Positions 41,101 to 49,330 of a stretch of DNA of 64,000 nucleotides are shown in pieces. Source of the DNA: Verrucomicrobiales bacterium (GTDB lineage: Bacteria > Verrucomicrobiota > Verrucomicrobiia > Verrucomicrobiales > V1-33). The translations under genes were made by a program, and so were the position numbers. The DNA is taken from contig JANOAV010000202.1 of NCBI GenBank assembly GCA_031411295.1, forward strand, positions 56,814 to 120,813. The letters are read 5' to 3'. How positions within the stretch are numbered: position 1 is the first letter of the stretch; every line of letters starts with the position of its first letter. The notes beneath the pieces were generated by a model that searched no databases, was not told the DNA's origin, and saw nothing but the letters and a program-made list of their open reading frames with translations.

Positions 41101-43816
41101 GTTTCACGGGCGCACCGTCGATGGCGAGACTGAGGATGTTGGCTTTCTCTGGCAGCGGGCAGGAGAAAAATTGTTCCCCATTGCTGCGGAGATTAAACGT
41201 AAGTTGATGCCGCTGGGTGCCGTCGGGATTGAGGATGGATTGGATGAGGAGCGCATCAATCACCATGCCCGGCAACGGAGCAGCGGGATGGCGTGTGCCT
41301 TCCAAACTCAGTTGCCACGCGCTCCCACGCCAGCCATAAGCGGCAATGACGCGGTGCCGTGGTTGGTAATTATCAATCGCTGGCAACGCGAGAATATCCC
41401 GATCATCCAAGCCCTGCGGCGTGATCGTGAGTTCCGTATCGGTATTGGCTTCGATGACATACGTGCCCGTCACGCGACCGGCTTCAGGCAATTTCAAGAC
41501 CGGAAGGATGGCGCTGAAGCGACTCTGCGCTTGCGAGGCATCGGGCGCAGGGGCATCCCCTTCAGGCTTGGCCATGGTTAATGGAAGGCTCCAGTGATAG
41601 CGCAGATGCGGCGTGCCGCTGAGTTCCTCGTGAAAGGTCAGCGTCCACTCGCCTGTGAGCGGTTGCAGTTTCTTCTCGGCAATGAGCGGACTGTCGAAAC
41701 GCAACGTTTCCGCCAAGCCCGGCGGAGCGGCCACCAGCAAGGAACGCAGCCCGGAGTTCCGCACTTGTAACTCGATCTGGCCCTCCAGTTCGCACGTGTG
41801 CAGCAGGGGCAAGGCATACGTCGTGATGTGCGCATGGACTTCCGAAGGACGACGACTCACGGCTAGTTCCAGCGAAAATTTATCCGCGCGAGTCCACGTA
41901 AGTTGCCCCGTGAGCGGCACCCCGTTGGCTTGCAAATGCGCGGGATCCGTCGGCTCCAAGCCAACGGTGGTCGTGGTGGCCACGTGGAATCGTTCATCGA
42001 AATCCAGCGCCACGTAGCCCGTGGTCAATTCAGGTCCATCCACATTGGCCGAACCGATTTTGAGTGGGCGGGCATTCTCGCCTAACGTGAACCAACCAGC
42101 GGGATCGATGCGAGTAACTAACGTGATGGCACCGGGCGCAGTGGTCGTGATGGGAGCCGCCCATTTGATTTCCAGCGTGCGGTCCGGACCAGCCTTCCAC
42201 AAGGGTTCCGTGCCGTCGGCCAGGGTTAGGCTGGTGGTTTCCTCGCCTTCGGGAAGGTGGAGTGTGGTGGTGAAAATTTTACCCTCTTTGACCAGCAAGC
42301 GCAAGGTGCGACGCAGTTCCACGGTGTCCCGCCGCAGTTGAACATGCAGCAGTTGATCCGTCTGGAAACGGGGTTCCAACTCCTGGAAGGAAACGCTGGG
42401 CGCATTTGCCAACACCGGAAACGCAAAGCCGGCCACGAAGCCTGGTTGCTTGGCCGCATCGCCCGGCAGGCCTTCGGTGGTCTGAGCGGTGAGACCGCCC
42501 GTGGAAATGCTGCGCACGCGCACATCCGCTGCCGCCATGATGGCGAAGCTGCCGGAAGCGCGGTGGACTTCGGCCACGGCAGGTTGTGGCAAGTCCACGG
42601 ACAATTCCGGATGGCCCGGTTCTGCGGCGGGTTTGGGCGTGGTTTCCAAGAGCACGCGAAGGTTCGTGACCGTGAGATCCGCCGAGGCGAAATGCACGTT
42701 GATAGTGGTGCCATCCAGCGTCCATTGGGAAACATCGGGACCTTCCACGCTGAGAACGCGGGCCGTTTCCGGCAGCGGAAGGTGGATGTCCTGCGGCACG
42801 CGCGCCAATGGACTGCGCAGCACGATGCCCAAGTCAGAGGTGACCCGAGCGGGGTCGATTTGATAGAGGTAACTGCACGTTTGCAACACAGCTCCGCCCG
42901 TCAGTGGTGCGAGATCTCTGGCGCGCCACTGAATGGAAAAGTCATCCGCTCCCGCAGGCATCGGCATCGTATGCAGGATGTTCCCGCTCGGCAATTTTTT
43001 GCTTCCCACGGTGTTCGGTAAGGCAATGCTGAAGCGCTCGGGAAGTTCTAACGTGAAATTTGCCGCGGCGGCAGGGAGGCGCTTCAGGGAAATTTGCTGC
43101 GTGCTCGTGCCCGTGATCGGAAGATAGAAGGAAGCTGTGACGTGATGCGTTCCCGGCGTGCGCAGCAGCACGGTGGCTGCTCCGGTGGGTTTCCCAGCTT
43201 CACCAGCCAGCAATCGGATGGCGGTGGTATCGTCCAGTTTTACGGTGCCGAGCGATTCGATGGGAATGGGCAATTCCAGCACTTGCCAGACATCGGCTTG
43301 CTGGGCGAGGACCTCGATGGAGAAATCCGCCGTGGCGATGATGGCATTGCCCGACACCTGTCCGCGATACTCTGCACTCCGCAGCACGACGGGCGTGGGA
43401 GCTGTTAGGAGCTGCGGTGCCACGGGCGTGGCTGCTTCTTTGGTGAGCGCCAGATATTCGGCCCGCGACAGCACCACGGCCTTGGGATTAGCCGCTAGGA
43501 TGTGTGGCAGAGATTTCTCTGGAACCCATAGCTCGCGCTGACGGATCGTTTCCTCGGCGGCCGATGTTAGTTGGATTAACCCAGCGAGTAAGAAGATCGC
43601 GCACCTCCCCAAAAACAGTTGGAGGCAGGGCTTGGCCGTGCGGATTGGGTTGAACTGAAACGAGACGGTCGAAGCAAGGGCAATGCTGATGGCGGACGGA
43701 GTCACGCCACTCCCAGTGGAGTGGCGGAGTGGCTCCGCCATTGGCATCAGCCTCGGTTGGGCCTTCCGCTTTGCCCACCGCTCAGGATGTCTGAGCCTGT
43801 CTAGTTTGGCACTCAT
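35129..43816 (-). CDS. Giant hypothetical membrane-anchored protein (two fused paralogous modules, Wzc-like insert); true start may be further downstream
   Basis: Uninterrupted 2895-aa ORF starting 2 bp after the upstream stop; signal peptide, internal TM cluster and C-terminal TM. Confidence 0.85.
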   Translation of the reverse strand: MSAKLDRLRHPERWAKRKAQPRLMPMAEPLRHSTGSGVTPSAISIALASTVSFQFNPIRTAKPCLQLFLGRCAIFLLAGLIQLTSAAEETIRQRELWVPEKSLPHILAANPKAVVLSRAEYLALTKEAATPVAPQLLTAPTPVVLRSAEYRGQVSGNAIIATADFSIEVLAQQADVWQVLELPIPIESLGTVKLDDTTAIRLLAGEAGKPTGAATVLLRTPGTHHVTASFYLPITGTSTQQISLKRLPAAAANFTLELPERFSIALPNTVGSKKLPSGNILHTMPMPAGADDFSIQWRARDLAPLTGGAVLQTCSYLYQIDPARVTSDLGIVLRSPLARVPQDIHLPLPETARVLSVEGPDVSQWTLDGTTINVHFASADLTVTNLRVLLETTPKPAAEPGHPELSVDLPQPAVAEVHRASGSFAIMAAADVRVRSISTGGLTAQTTEGLPGDAAKQPGFVAGFAFPVLANAPSVSFQELEPRFQTDQLLHVQLRRDTVELRRTLRLLVKEGKIFTTTLHLPEGEETTSLTLADGTEPLWKAGPDRTLEIKWAAPITTTAPGAITLVTRIDPAGWFTLGENARPLKIGSANVDGPELTTGYVALDFDERFHVATTTTVGLEPTDPAHLQANGVPLTGQLTWTRADKFSLELAVSRRPSEVHAHITTYALPLLHTCELEGQIELQVRNSGLRSLLVAAPPGLAETLRFDSPLIAEKKLQPLTGEWTLTFHEELSGTPHLRYHWSLPLTMAKPEGDAPAPDASQAQSRFSAILPVLKLPEAGRVTGTYVIEANTDTELTITPQGLDDRDILALPAIDNYQPRHRVIAAYGWRGSAWQLSLEGTRHPAAPLPGMVIDALLIQSILNPDGTQRHQLTFNLRSNGEQFFSCPLPEKANILSLAIDGAPVKPVADPTLRAKNENGLRIQLPATIEARPASIQLTYEVPAAKWETSGDLTLTPPPLNPNTPILSSHWYLHLPDGYSYSDFTSNLRNEFTMPTASLASAVGVHLWETQYAGRVKFQVHRNAAKNVTSGWSATGLETEKAIITARETLLRVVRNKGLAARWKLDEYEASEKLGRMVDTSVERGTDLITIEVTSPNRAEAAELANAVGEAYEERRKEYEKGRSEGAIAMLQNELEAQDKKVEEKRIAMLTLMKKHGIIDFSDASGAFHAVSGGVRNGGETTYASQQANTANYESQLAKLKAQLKALESAANQDQLIELSSSMGLDGPTLKEVWPKYHAAKIELEQLRSGGLAANHPSVVAAQAQMENLRQTAAQQTEALRKTLDAKVQIAEATLQALKTKGSKEDDLAGDKARQSEYTMAKREYEQQSALLNEMRQHILKQKVDLEMPMLPVQRHENAVPMDKSKSFVSLARSTAPETASAPPPPAPTAPMQVADAKGEKPSSGNAPVTILAGSVQPPDLAGKPLLLTTTTASASLSLSKTGVGNLSFSDQALLTGKSGLIPLAVNLPSSGLTYGFAGNHPPSELKLHFVTWRHELQWAWVYVLLGVLLAWAVARRRPIFMGLCFGLTLHFLPQILGATLQKPCNAVLLGFLVTCGVLFIFNLLKRRFRPTAALAQASVVLLSLLSLTAQAPAAETTPAAYTAYVPFDSTKPLADQTPGRYFLTYDTFQKLWAQARANKLNAGKSAPTIDTTGAPWAGIQSALYKGDILADRLKLEGVLTIVSTGAWATVGLDFQGLCSLTLDGATAPLSEKKLLLEKPGVHTVIAKLEIPLTSNWQSVTTRLPQAAASMITLSLTDMSARMDLNNGRPVVETATAEGVPQRHLTAALGNVSALTLKRDLGARMANAAQSLPPSAKLVASLYLSPALERLEAGIDFDFPGGDRQEFAVELDPSLTPVSVDIPNVEKWSLTAAADKQTLNFRLTLPVREKLHLSLTAERTVGGPTFPSVWPVASRVERELRLLAVDELEVTVQPAASHQQTDFPKVEGTTGADAGFQRFAAYRVAGPPVPLGFKTARRTLNSALQADYLYQISPSKLEVHAVFNLKPARGQDLLHTSAIIPNGFTVTRVDSDRLQDWWVDGDRLRIRFSGPTPETTTLLLGLAQPWKEPPVQLELAPVALENIGSVRGRAQIAALPDVNGVLNFPKQKASQIRETSPGEQREEYPPIGDFKLTSPFETKREFTFNTADYTAAVTLGKVPARFDTRWVLAAEVQESWVRLEARLDLEVKSGALSEFILQLPASAVATTEPRLTGEQIREMVRLPAVAGAEATAPVRYKVSLQRPITTATQATLALEIPHQGEIHLPDLTFPEAGLNERFVVVQNASAGELHFEAKRSLHVEPLQARDVERDLHFRIQQFAQPSYFRVGAEWDIVFTLEKLATTVGTKALVLYAELTTALRANGEEWLQADYRLQNRSLQFLPVRLPEGFTLLSAIVNDQPVRADQGTRDKLPVLLIPLIQTRPGDLALQVRLVCRRLPNTGGKVPDSLNLALDDPELPGVTIERTVWRVALPNGYVVKDAKGNMDAVAANEAKFEQEAAVATELSSLLMMCNSTSNPIELRERSRRNAQSIAQTWMSSNTASDGKNGRVSQVDDLVQQAAQLSAPIIDPTQTQNAAPAATVGTTNWSWSGNSTYLKSRELKQAEITQQEAQLNKDNLGLNDNVIVGNRSLYFKYNAPEDTTKGKVKEDAKKPATRNTRSEAVSKLQQADIGDATTVGDQLKQLDQQRFAVTLDGANTYTGATTVTGGVVLANGGAIISSNNIEAPVFGVGTVNADFNNGIANTADGVITRNKVDFEQNYQNGSNRVVKGQVELGGKASGAANGPAPQAKPAPGASQPQEPNPEGLGYNLAPVVTAPQKLRPAGRVSLPISFPVDTELTFYKKVKDHASMVLATQKAAENPGQRLQALVILGTSLFILIMINAIYQSHQRRIAKRQRA
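43685..43750. repeat. Long imperfect palindrome (REP-like doublet) in the 5' end of the giant ORF
   Basis: ATGGCGGA..CGCCACTCC-CAGT-GGAGTGGCG..TCCGCCAT. Confidence 0.6.
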
Positions 43817-43818
43817 GA

Positions 43819-46800
43819 TTAGGATGCAGCTGAGTCCGTGGGGAAGGGAGGCAGGGGATCGGCCTTGGCGGGCTCCGCCGGGCTGGCGGGTGGGGCGGCG
43901 GAAGGATCTGGGATGGGAGGGAGCGGATCGTCACTAACGGGTTTCTCGCGGAAAAGAATTTGCGAAGGTTCCACGGGAATCGGGGCTCCGGCTGGCGGGG
44001 TGATGGGTGGTCCCACGGGCGCTGGGCCCGCTGGGCCACTGGGGGGCGAGGACGGCGGACGTGGTGGAGCAGTCGGAGGCGGAATTTTCGTTTCCGCCAC
44101 TGCGGCGGGTTTGCTGCCCCCGGAGAACAATTTCGGGAAGCCCACGATGAGCCAAATAGCCGTGGCCAGCAAGGTGCCTAACCAGACGCTTTCCCAGAGC
44201 GGAGCCCAGGCAGGTTCCATGAGTCCACGCAACACCAAGCTGCCCAGACCAGCGGCACAGAAGTAGAGGCACTTGATTTCCAAATTCCGCCGCAACAACA
44301 GCAAGCCGACGAGGAAAGCGGCAATCATGGCCAGATAACGCACGGCGGTGTCCAGCTTGCCACTGCGATAACTCACGGTGGTGGCGGCCGGCTTGTCCAA
44401 ACGATGCAAGGCAAATGCCTGACCGTCCGTGGGCAGTTGTAAATTGAAGCCACCCTTACTCTCTGCCGGCAAGGTGGGAGGGGAGTTCCAAGCTGTGACG
44501 TTCTCTGGCAGGATGTCTGGACCTAACACAGGGATCAACCACCGCAGACGACGATTGGGATCGCTCCAACCAGCTGCTTTTGGTTCCGGACGCATGGGGC
44601 CAGCGAAGTCCAGGTAAACATAATCCCGCGGCAGGTAGAGCGTGAGTTGCGTTTGCAGAATGTTTACGTTCACGTTTGGAGGCGGGATGGAGAAGCTGCC
44701 GCTGAATCCCAGATCCTTCCCAGCGGTCTCGGTGGGCGCTGGAATTTCATAAAGGAAGCGCACCGGGAAGGAGTTGCCATTTTGGGTGCTCGGAATCTTG
44801 ATCAGCACGTTGTCTGTGGTATGGGCCGCCACGGGTGCCTTCTCCGCGCGCTGCATTGGCTGCTGAGGTTCACCGTTGACATAAACATCACTCAGCATGC
44901 GTCCGCGGGCGGGCAGTTCCACATCGAGATATTGCAGCGTGTTGTTTTTCACCCAGTAAATCACTTCCGTGCTGGTGCCGCCATCGCGACTGAAAACGGT
45001 GTTTAACACCGCATAGGTCACAATGGCTTGAGGAACTTCCAGAAACACATTCTTGCTGATGGATAGCTTCAGGCTGGCGGGATGGCGCAGATTCTTGTAG
45101 CTGAGGATAACTCCGGGCCGACTCAATTGTCCGCGCAGTTCTTTGGGATCGATGTTCTCCAAGTTTTCCACCTTGGAATCCAGCACTTCTAAATTTCCGT
45201 CCTTGGCAATGGCAGTCTGGCCGATCTCTTGGAAGATATCCTGGAGGCGGAGTTGTGGCACCACGATCTCCGTGGCCGCTCCGGCTTTGAGATCGGAAAT
45301 GGGCACCTCCAGCGACAGCTCCAGCAGGAACGTGCCCATGCGTTTGTCCCGCAAGGTTAGTTTCCACATCTCGCGATCTGGATCCACGGCATCGAGCTTG
45401 GGATCTTCCTTCGGCTTATCCTTATCCTTTTCTTTGTCCTCGGGCTTGTCCGGGGCGGCGGCGGGCTTGGGCAAGAGCACCGGGAGTTCCTTGATGGTTT
45501 CTTTTAAATCACGCGAAGTATCAATCCGCAGGTCCTTGGCGATGGCCTTGGGAATGTTCAGCGTGAAGCTGTCCACCCCAGCATATTGAATGTCATAACT
45601 GATTTTCCAAGTATAGCGGGTCGCCTGTTCCTTTAACTCTACTAACGTAAGCACATCGCCAATGACCTGGCTTTGCTTCAAACGCGTCGAGATGGTGCCG
45701 GGAGCCACGCCCCCACGATATCGGAAGGCCAGTGAAGGACCGTTCAGATGGGCCTCAGCGGCTACTTTTTCCTGTGGCAATTGTTTCTCGATATTGGCCA
45801 CGTCTTCCTGATGCAAGCCGCCCAGATCCTTGGTGTTGGGATCCAAACTTTCATGCAAGGCCAGGGCCACGATGGCTTCGTGCCGGGAAACATTCTGCGG
45901 ATCAAAGACAGGAACTAACACGGGTTGTTCCGCACCCTCACGATTCCGCCGAGCCGTGATCGTAAACGCCAGCGGTCCCGTCACGCGCGTCTTCAGGCGC
46001 ACATCAAGGAAACGTTTGCCCTCCACGTCTTCGACTTTCGAGGAGTCAATCATATCGCCCGAAGCTTCGGTGGCATCGAAGTCGTTCGGCACTTGCACGC
46101 GCAGATTGAAGATGCCGCTGCGTTTGATGTTGGCATCCACTTTGGCTTTGTAGCGCACGGTGTCCAGAGCCACTTGCACCAGAGTGCTGGTGTTGATTTC
46201 AATGACGGGCTCGGCCCGCTTCAAACTCAGCGTGGCCGTCCAGGGGAGTTTCAAATAGCGATAGCTGGCCTGGACCATGGCCAGATTCCGGGGAGCGACT
46301 TGCGCGCCTTGTTGAGCAGGCGCAGCGTTTGCGGGCGCTTGGGCTGCGGGCACCTGCTGTTGGGTGATGATTTCCTGCTGGTTCAAGCCAGTGAGATCTT
46401 TCAGGGTGGCATCCAGCTCCGTGGGCGCATAGAGGACAATATTTCCCCGCTGCCGAATCACTTCCTTGGCTTCGATGACGGGGATTTTTACATCCGCGGG
46501 CACGCCGTCCACGGGAGCTTCCAGATCAATGCTAACATGATAGTGATCGCGCACTTTTTCGTGCAAATGAATGGTTAGTTCGCGTGGGCCCTTGGGATCG
46601 GCGGCGGGTGGGGTCCACTCGCGGATGTCCGTGCCTTCCACGCGCAGGACTTCATGCGGAGCTGGGATCACTAACGTGAAATGATCCACCCCCGCGCGCA
46701 GAATGCGATAGTCGATTTCCAACTTGTTCTGCACCGTGCCCGCGCCGGCATTGACGCTCTGGCTGATCTCTGCAAAGACCAGCGGGGTGAGTTTCGCTTC

Positions 46801-47547
46801 GCCACCTTGCTTGGACCACTCAACTTCCACCTGTTCAGAGGCTCCGGCAAAGAATGACAACTCGGTGCCGCCCTGACCGTTGGGTCGCGTGGTGTAAGCA
46901 CCACTCGGATTCAAACGGAACTCCCACCCTTCCTCCGGCACCGTGAGAGTGCCACGGGAAACCGCGGACTGCGGCAAGGCGGTCCGCAGTTGATACGAAC
47001 TGCCACTCCGAGTCACCCGAGCCATCGTTTCCAGCTTCAAAGTATATTTCCCCGCCTTGGGCAACAGCAGCTCGTAGCCCGCTTCCACGCGACGCAACAC
47101 GGCTTCGCCTGTTTCCGCTTTGGTGAAGTTTTCCATGGATTTAACGAACGGCACCACCGCCCAACCCTCCGCCTTGAAGGATTCCACCTGCACCGTCGAG
47201 ACAATGTTAGCGACCTCTCCGGTAACGGTTCCGGTGAACTCCATGGAGGTCACCACGGCCTCCGCGGGAGTCTTGATCGTTTCCTTCTTCTGCTGAATCG
47301 TGAGCTGATTCCACATATCGAGGAACTCCCGATACGGCAGGAACACGCCCTGACCTTCATTGGCCATGGTCTTGGCCAGATCATCGAAAGGGATGTAAAC
47401 CGTGCGCTCCTTCTGGGTCACGGGTGCTGCCTCAGCGGGCGCAGCAGCGGCGGGCACTGCAGGTGGAGCAGTCGGAGCAGCCGGGGGCGGCGTTTGGCCA
47501 AACAACGTGGCGGCGGTGAGCGTGAGGGCGAGCAGTAGGTTTCTCAT
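43819..47547 (-). CDS. Large hypothetical membrane-anchored protein (about 1242 aa), paralog of both halves of the downstream giant
   Basis: MRNLLLALTLTAATLFG|Q signal peptide; three C-terminal TM helices; Pro-rich tail; shared module motifs. Confidence 0.85.
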   Translation of the reverse strand: MRNLLLALTLTAATLFGQTPPPAAPTAPPAVPAAAAPAEAAPVTQKERTVYIPFDDLAKTMANEGQGVFLPYREFLDMWNQLTIQQKKETIKTPAEAVVTSMEFTGTVTGEVANIVSTVQVESFKAEGWAVVPFVKSMENFTKAETGEAVLRRVEAGYELLLPKAGKYTLKLETMARVTRSGSSYQLRTALPQSAVSRGTLTVPEEGWEFRLNPSGAYTTRPNGQGGTELSFFAGASEQVEVEWSKQGGEAKLTPLVFAEISQSVNAGAGTVQNKLEIDYRILRAGVDHFTLVIPAPHEVLRVEGTDIREWTPPAADPKGPRELTIHLHEKVRDHYHVSIDLEAPVDGVPADVKIPVIEAKEVIRQRGNIVLYAPTELDATLKDLTGLNQQEIITQQQVPAAQAPANAAPAQQGAQVAPRNLAMVQASYRYLKLPWTATLSLKRAEPVIEINTSTLVQVALDTVRYKAKVDANIKRSGIFNLRVQVPNDFDATEASGDMIDSSKVEDVEGKRFLDVRLKTRVTGPLAFTITARRNREGAEQPVLVPVFDPQNVSRHEAIVALALHESLDPNTKDLGGLHQEDVANIEKQLPQEKVAAEAHLNGPSLAFRYRGGVAPGTISTRLKQSQVIGDVLTLVELKEQATRYTWKISYDIQYAGVDSFTLNIPKAIAKDLRIDTSRDLKETIKELPVLLPKPAAAPDKPEDKEKDKDKPKEDPKLDAVDPDREMWKLTLRDKRMGTFLLELSLEVPISDLKAGAATEIVVPQLRLQDIFQEIGQTAIAKDGNLEVLDSKVENLENIDPKELRGQLSRPGVILSYKNLRHPASLKLSISKNVFLEVPQAIVTYAVLNTVFSRDGGTSTEVIYWVKNNTLQYLDVELPARGRMLSDVYVNGEPQQPMQRAEKAPVAAHTTDNVLIKIPSTQNGNSFPVRFLYEIPAPTETAGKDLGFSGSFSIPPPNVNVNILQTQLTLYLPRDYVYLDFAGPMRPEPKAAGWSDPNRRLRWLIPVLGPDILPENVTAWNSPPTLPAESKGGFNLQLPTDGQAFALHRLDKPAATTVSYRSGKLDTAVRYLAMIAAFLVGLLLLRRNLEIKCLYFCAAGLGSLVLRGLMEPAWAPLWESVWLGTLLATAIWLIVGFPKLFSGGSKPAAVAETKIPPPTAPPRPPSSPPSGPAGPAPVGPPITPPAGAPIPVEPSQILFREKPVSDDPLPPIPDPSAAPPASPAEPAKADPLPPFPTDSAAS

Positions 47548-47605
47548 GGAAGTGGCGGAGTGAACGGATGGAGCAGAGGGAAGATGGAATCGAGTGGAGG
47601 GAAAA

Positions 47606-48079
47606 TTATGGTTTGCTGGGAGCGGACGGGGGAGATGAATCCAAGCGGACTTTCCCCATGACTCGGGGTGTCTCGTCCGGCTGTGGGGTGGGCGATTGCG
47701 CAGAGCCGGATCGAGTGGGAGGGACGGAACCTGTGAGGCGAGATTTTGCGGACTTTTCTGTGCAGGAAGAAAACAGAAACGGGAATCCGACCGCAAAGAC
47801 CGCGGCCGCAGAGAGTCGCGTCTTTTCCCACATCCGCCGCAGCTTACCAGCGCGGACCGGGGTGGCGATGCTGCCATCTTCCGCCAGCTCATACGTGATA
47901 CAAACGCTGCCAGTCTGGGCGGAGAGAAATTCCGCGCGCTCCGTTTCCTGCATGGCCGAGAGATCATGCACATGGAGTTGGCACTGACTACAGAACCGAC
48001 GCTTGTCATCCCCCACGAGATCACTCCAAAGCTTGGGGCAGGGTTTCGCGATGTGGCAGGCTGGTGGGATGGGATTCAT
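47606..48079 (-). CDS. Small Cys-rich hypothetical protein (PC..W..RFCxxC..VHDLS domain plus lipobox-like helix)
   Basis: IAKPCPKLWSDLVGDDKRRFCSQCQLHVHDLS; later AAAVFAVGFPFLFSSC. Confidence 0.7.
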   Translation of the reverse strand: MNPIPPACHIAKPCPKLWSDLVGDDKRRFCSQCQLHVHDLSAMQETERAEFLSAQTGSVCITYELAEDGSIATPVRAGKLRRMWEKTRLSAAAVFAVGFPFLFSSCTEKSAKSRLTGSVPPTRSGSAQSPTPQPDETPRVMGKVRLDSSPPSAPSKP

Positions 48080-48145
48080 GGTAGCAAGAAGGCAAAAGGT
48101 GACAGTGGCGATCAGTTATGCCCAGACATGAGACGCAGGACAGAC

Positions 48146-48167
48146 GCAGGCAGGAAGCCTGTGCCAC
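48146..48167 (-). repeat. REP-like palindrome GTGGCACAGGCTTCCTGCCTGC
   Basis: GTGG plus CAGGC/GCCTG stem; related to the 50242 and 50390 copies. Confidence 0.6.
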
Positions 48168-48560
48168 CCGAGAAAACGTCAGCGGTGAGAATTTCTTGGA
48201 ACAAATTACGAAACATCCGTTCAATCTAGCAGTTGTTTCCCAGTGCGGCAAGCTGGGAGAACGTGGTTTTACATGATTTTACAAAATTATTACATAAATT
48301 AGAGATCAAGGGTGCTGAATTTTATGGAAAACAGAAAAACTAAACAACATTGAGCACCAAGGGCTTAATCCGAAATTAGCTTAAATTCAGTTGGTGAAGC
48401 CAAGGTCTGGTGGCAGGTTGCCGCCATCGAATAAAAAGTTATAATTAAATCTTGTCCACTCGCCCGCTAGGGAACCATGATCGTAGCGCAGCTTCAACCA
48501 TTCGAGCCACCCACTGATCCATTTTTCCCGTCTCCTTAATGCATCGTTGATGAACTAAGT

Positions 48561-49322
48561 ATGATGAAAACAGTTCGCACTATTATTATTTTTTGGAGTT
48601 TAATTACAGCAAGCCTTGCCTCAGACCCCTTAGATCTGCAAATAGCTTTGCAAGCTAATGAACGTATTTTGTTTCTAACGGTCAAAAACAATACTGGGCA
48701 TGAGATTATGTATCATGGTGCACAGTATGGTGGATTTCATTTCGAGATTGCAACAACGGGTGAGGAATTCAAACAGGTGGAAGATGACATTGTCTTTGGT
48801 CGTTCAGGGTTGCCTGCTGGGGAAAAACTCGAACAGCGCATTGACATGAGCACCAGTAATTTTGGGCTGACTCCGAATCAAACAGTTAAACTAAACATCA
48901 TTTTCGGGACCGTCACGCTGGGGGGTGAGGGTATGCGCGTGGAGGATCTTATTCTCGTTACCGATTCAACAGGAGCAATCAGTATTGAAGCTTCTGAAAC
49001 GACTAGGATAACTTATTTTGAAGCCGATGTTGATATCAATGCTCAAAGACCAGGAACGGCGGAATTCTACCAGAAATCACGCGAGTCCAAACGTGCTACA
49101 CCTAACCCCCAACTTACAGTCAACGGGAAACCGCTCCACCAGCACCGCCCATCAACCACCAACCCAACCCAGCCATCTACAGCAACCCTAAAGACGGGTT
49201 CGCAAATCTACCCGATTTCAGAAGTTAATATAAAATTTTGGCAAACGCCTAGTATCATATGTCTGTGCATTATCCTCGTGCTCTTTCTATTATTCCGCCT
49301 ATTCCGAAACCGCACACCCTAG
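48561..49322 (+). CDS. AT-rich hypothetical exported protein with C-terminal TM anchor and basic tail
   Basis: Signal peptide ending ASLA|S; Pro/Thr linker; IICLCIILVLFLLFRLFRNR. Confidence 0.75.
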   Translation: MMKTVRTIIIFWSLITASLASDPLDLQIALQANERILFLTVKNNTGHEIMYHGAQYGGFHFEIATTGEEFKQVEDDIVFGRSGLPAGEKLEQRIDMSTSNFGLTPNQTVKLNIIFGTVTLGGEGMRVEDLILVTDSTGAISIEASETTRITYFEADVDINAQRPGTAEFYQKSRESKRATPNPQLTVNGKPLHQHRPSTTNPTQPSTATLKTGSQIYPISEVNIKFWQTPSIICLCIILVLFLLFRLFRNRTP

Positions 49323-49330
49323 GAGCCTGT

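Noticed and set aside
47548..48024. N-terminal extension of the 1401-aa ORF
   Set aside because: Overlaps the 47606-48079 gene; the signal peptide starts at 47547
48387..48554. 55-codon open minus-strand frame (..WLEWLKLRYDHG..) as an orphan toxin tip
   Set aside because: No ATG start, no recognisable motif, and the length is compatible with chance
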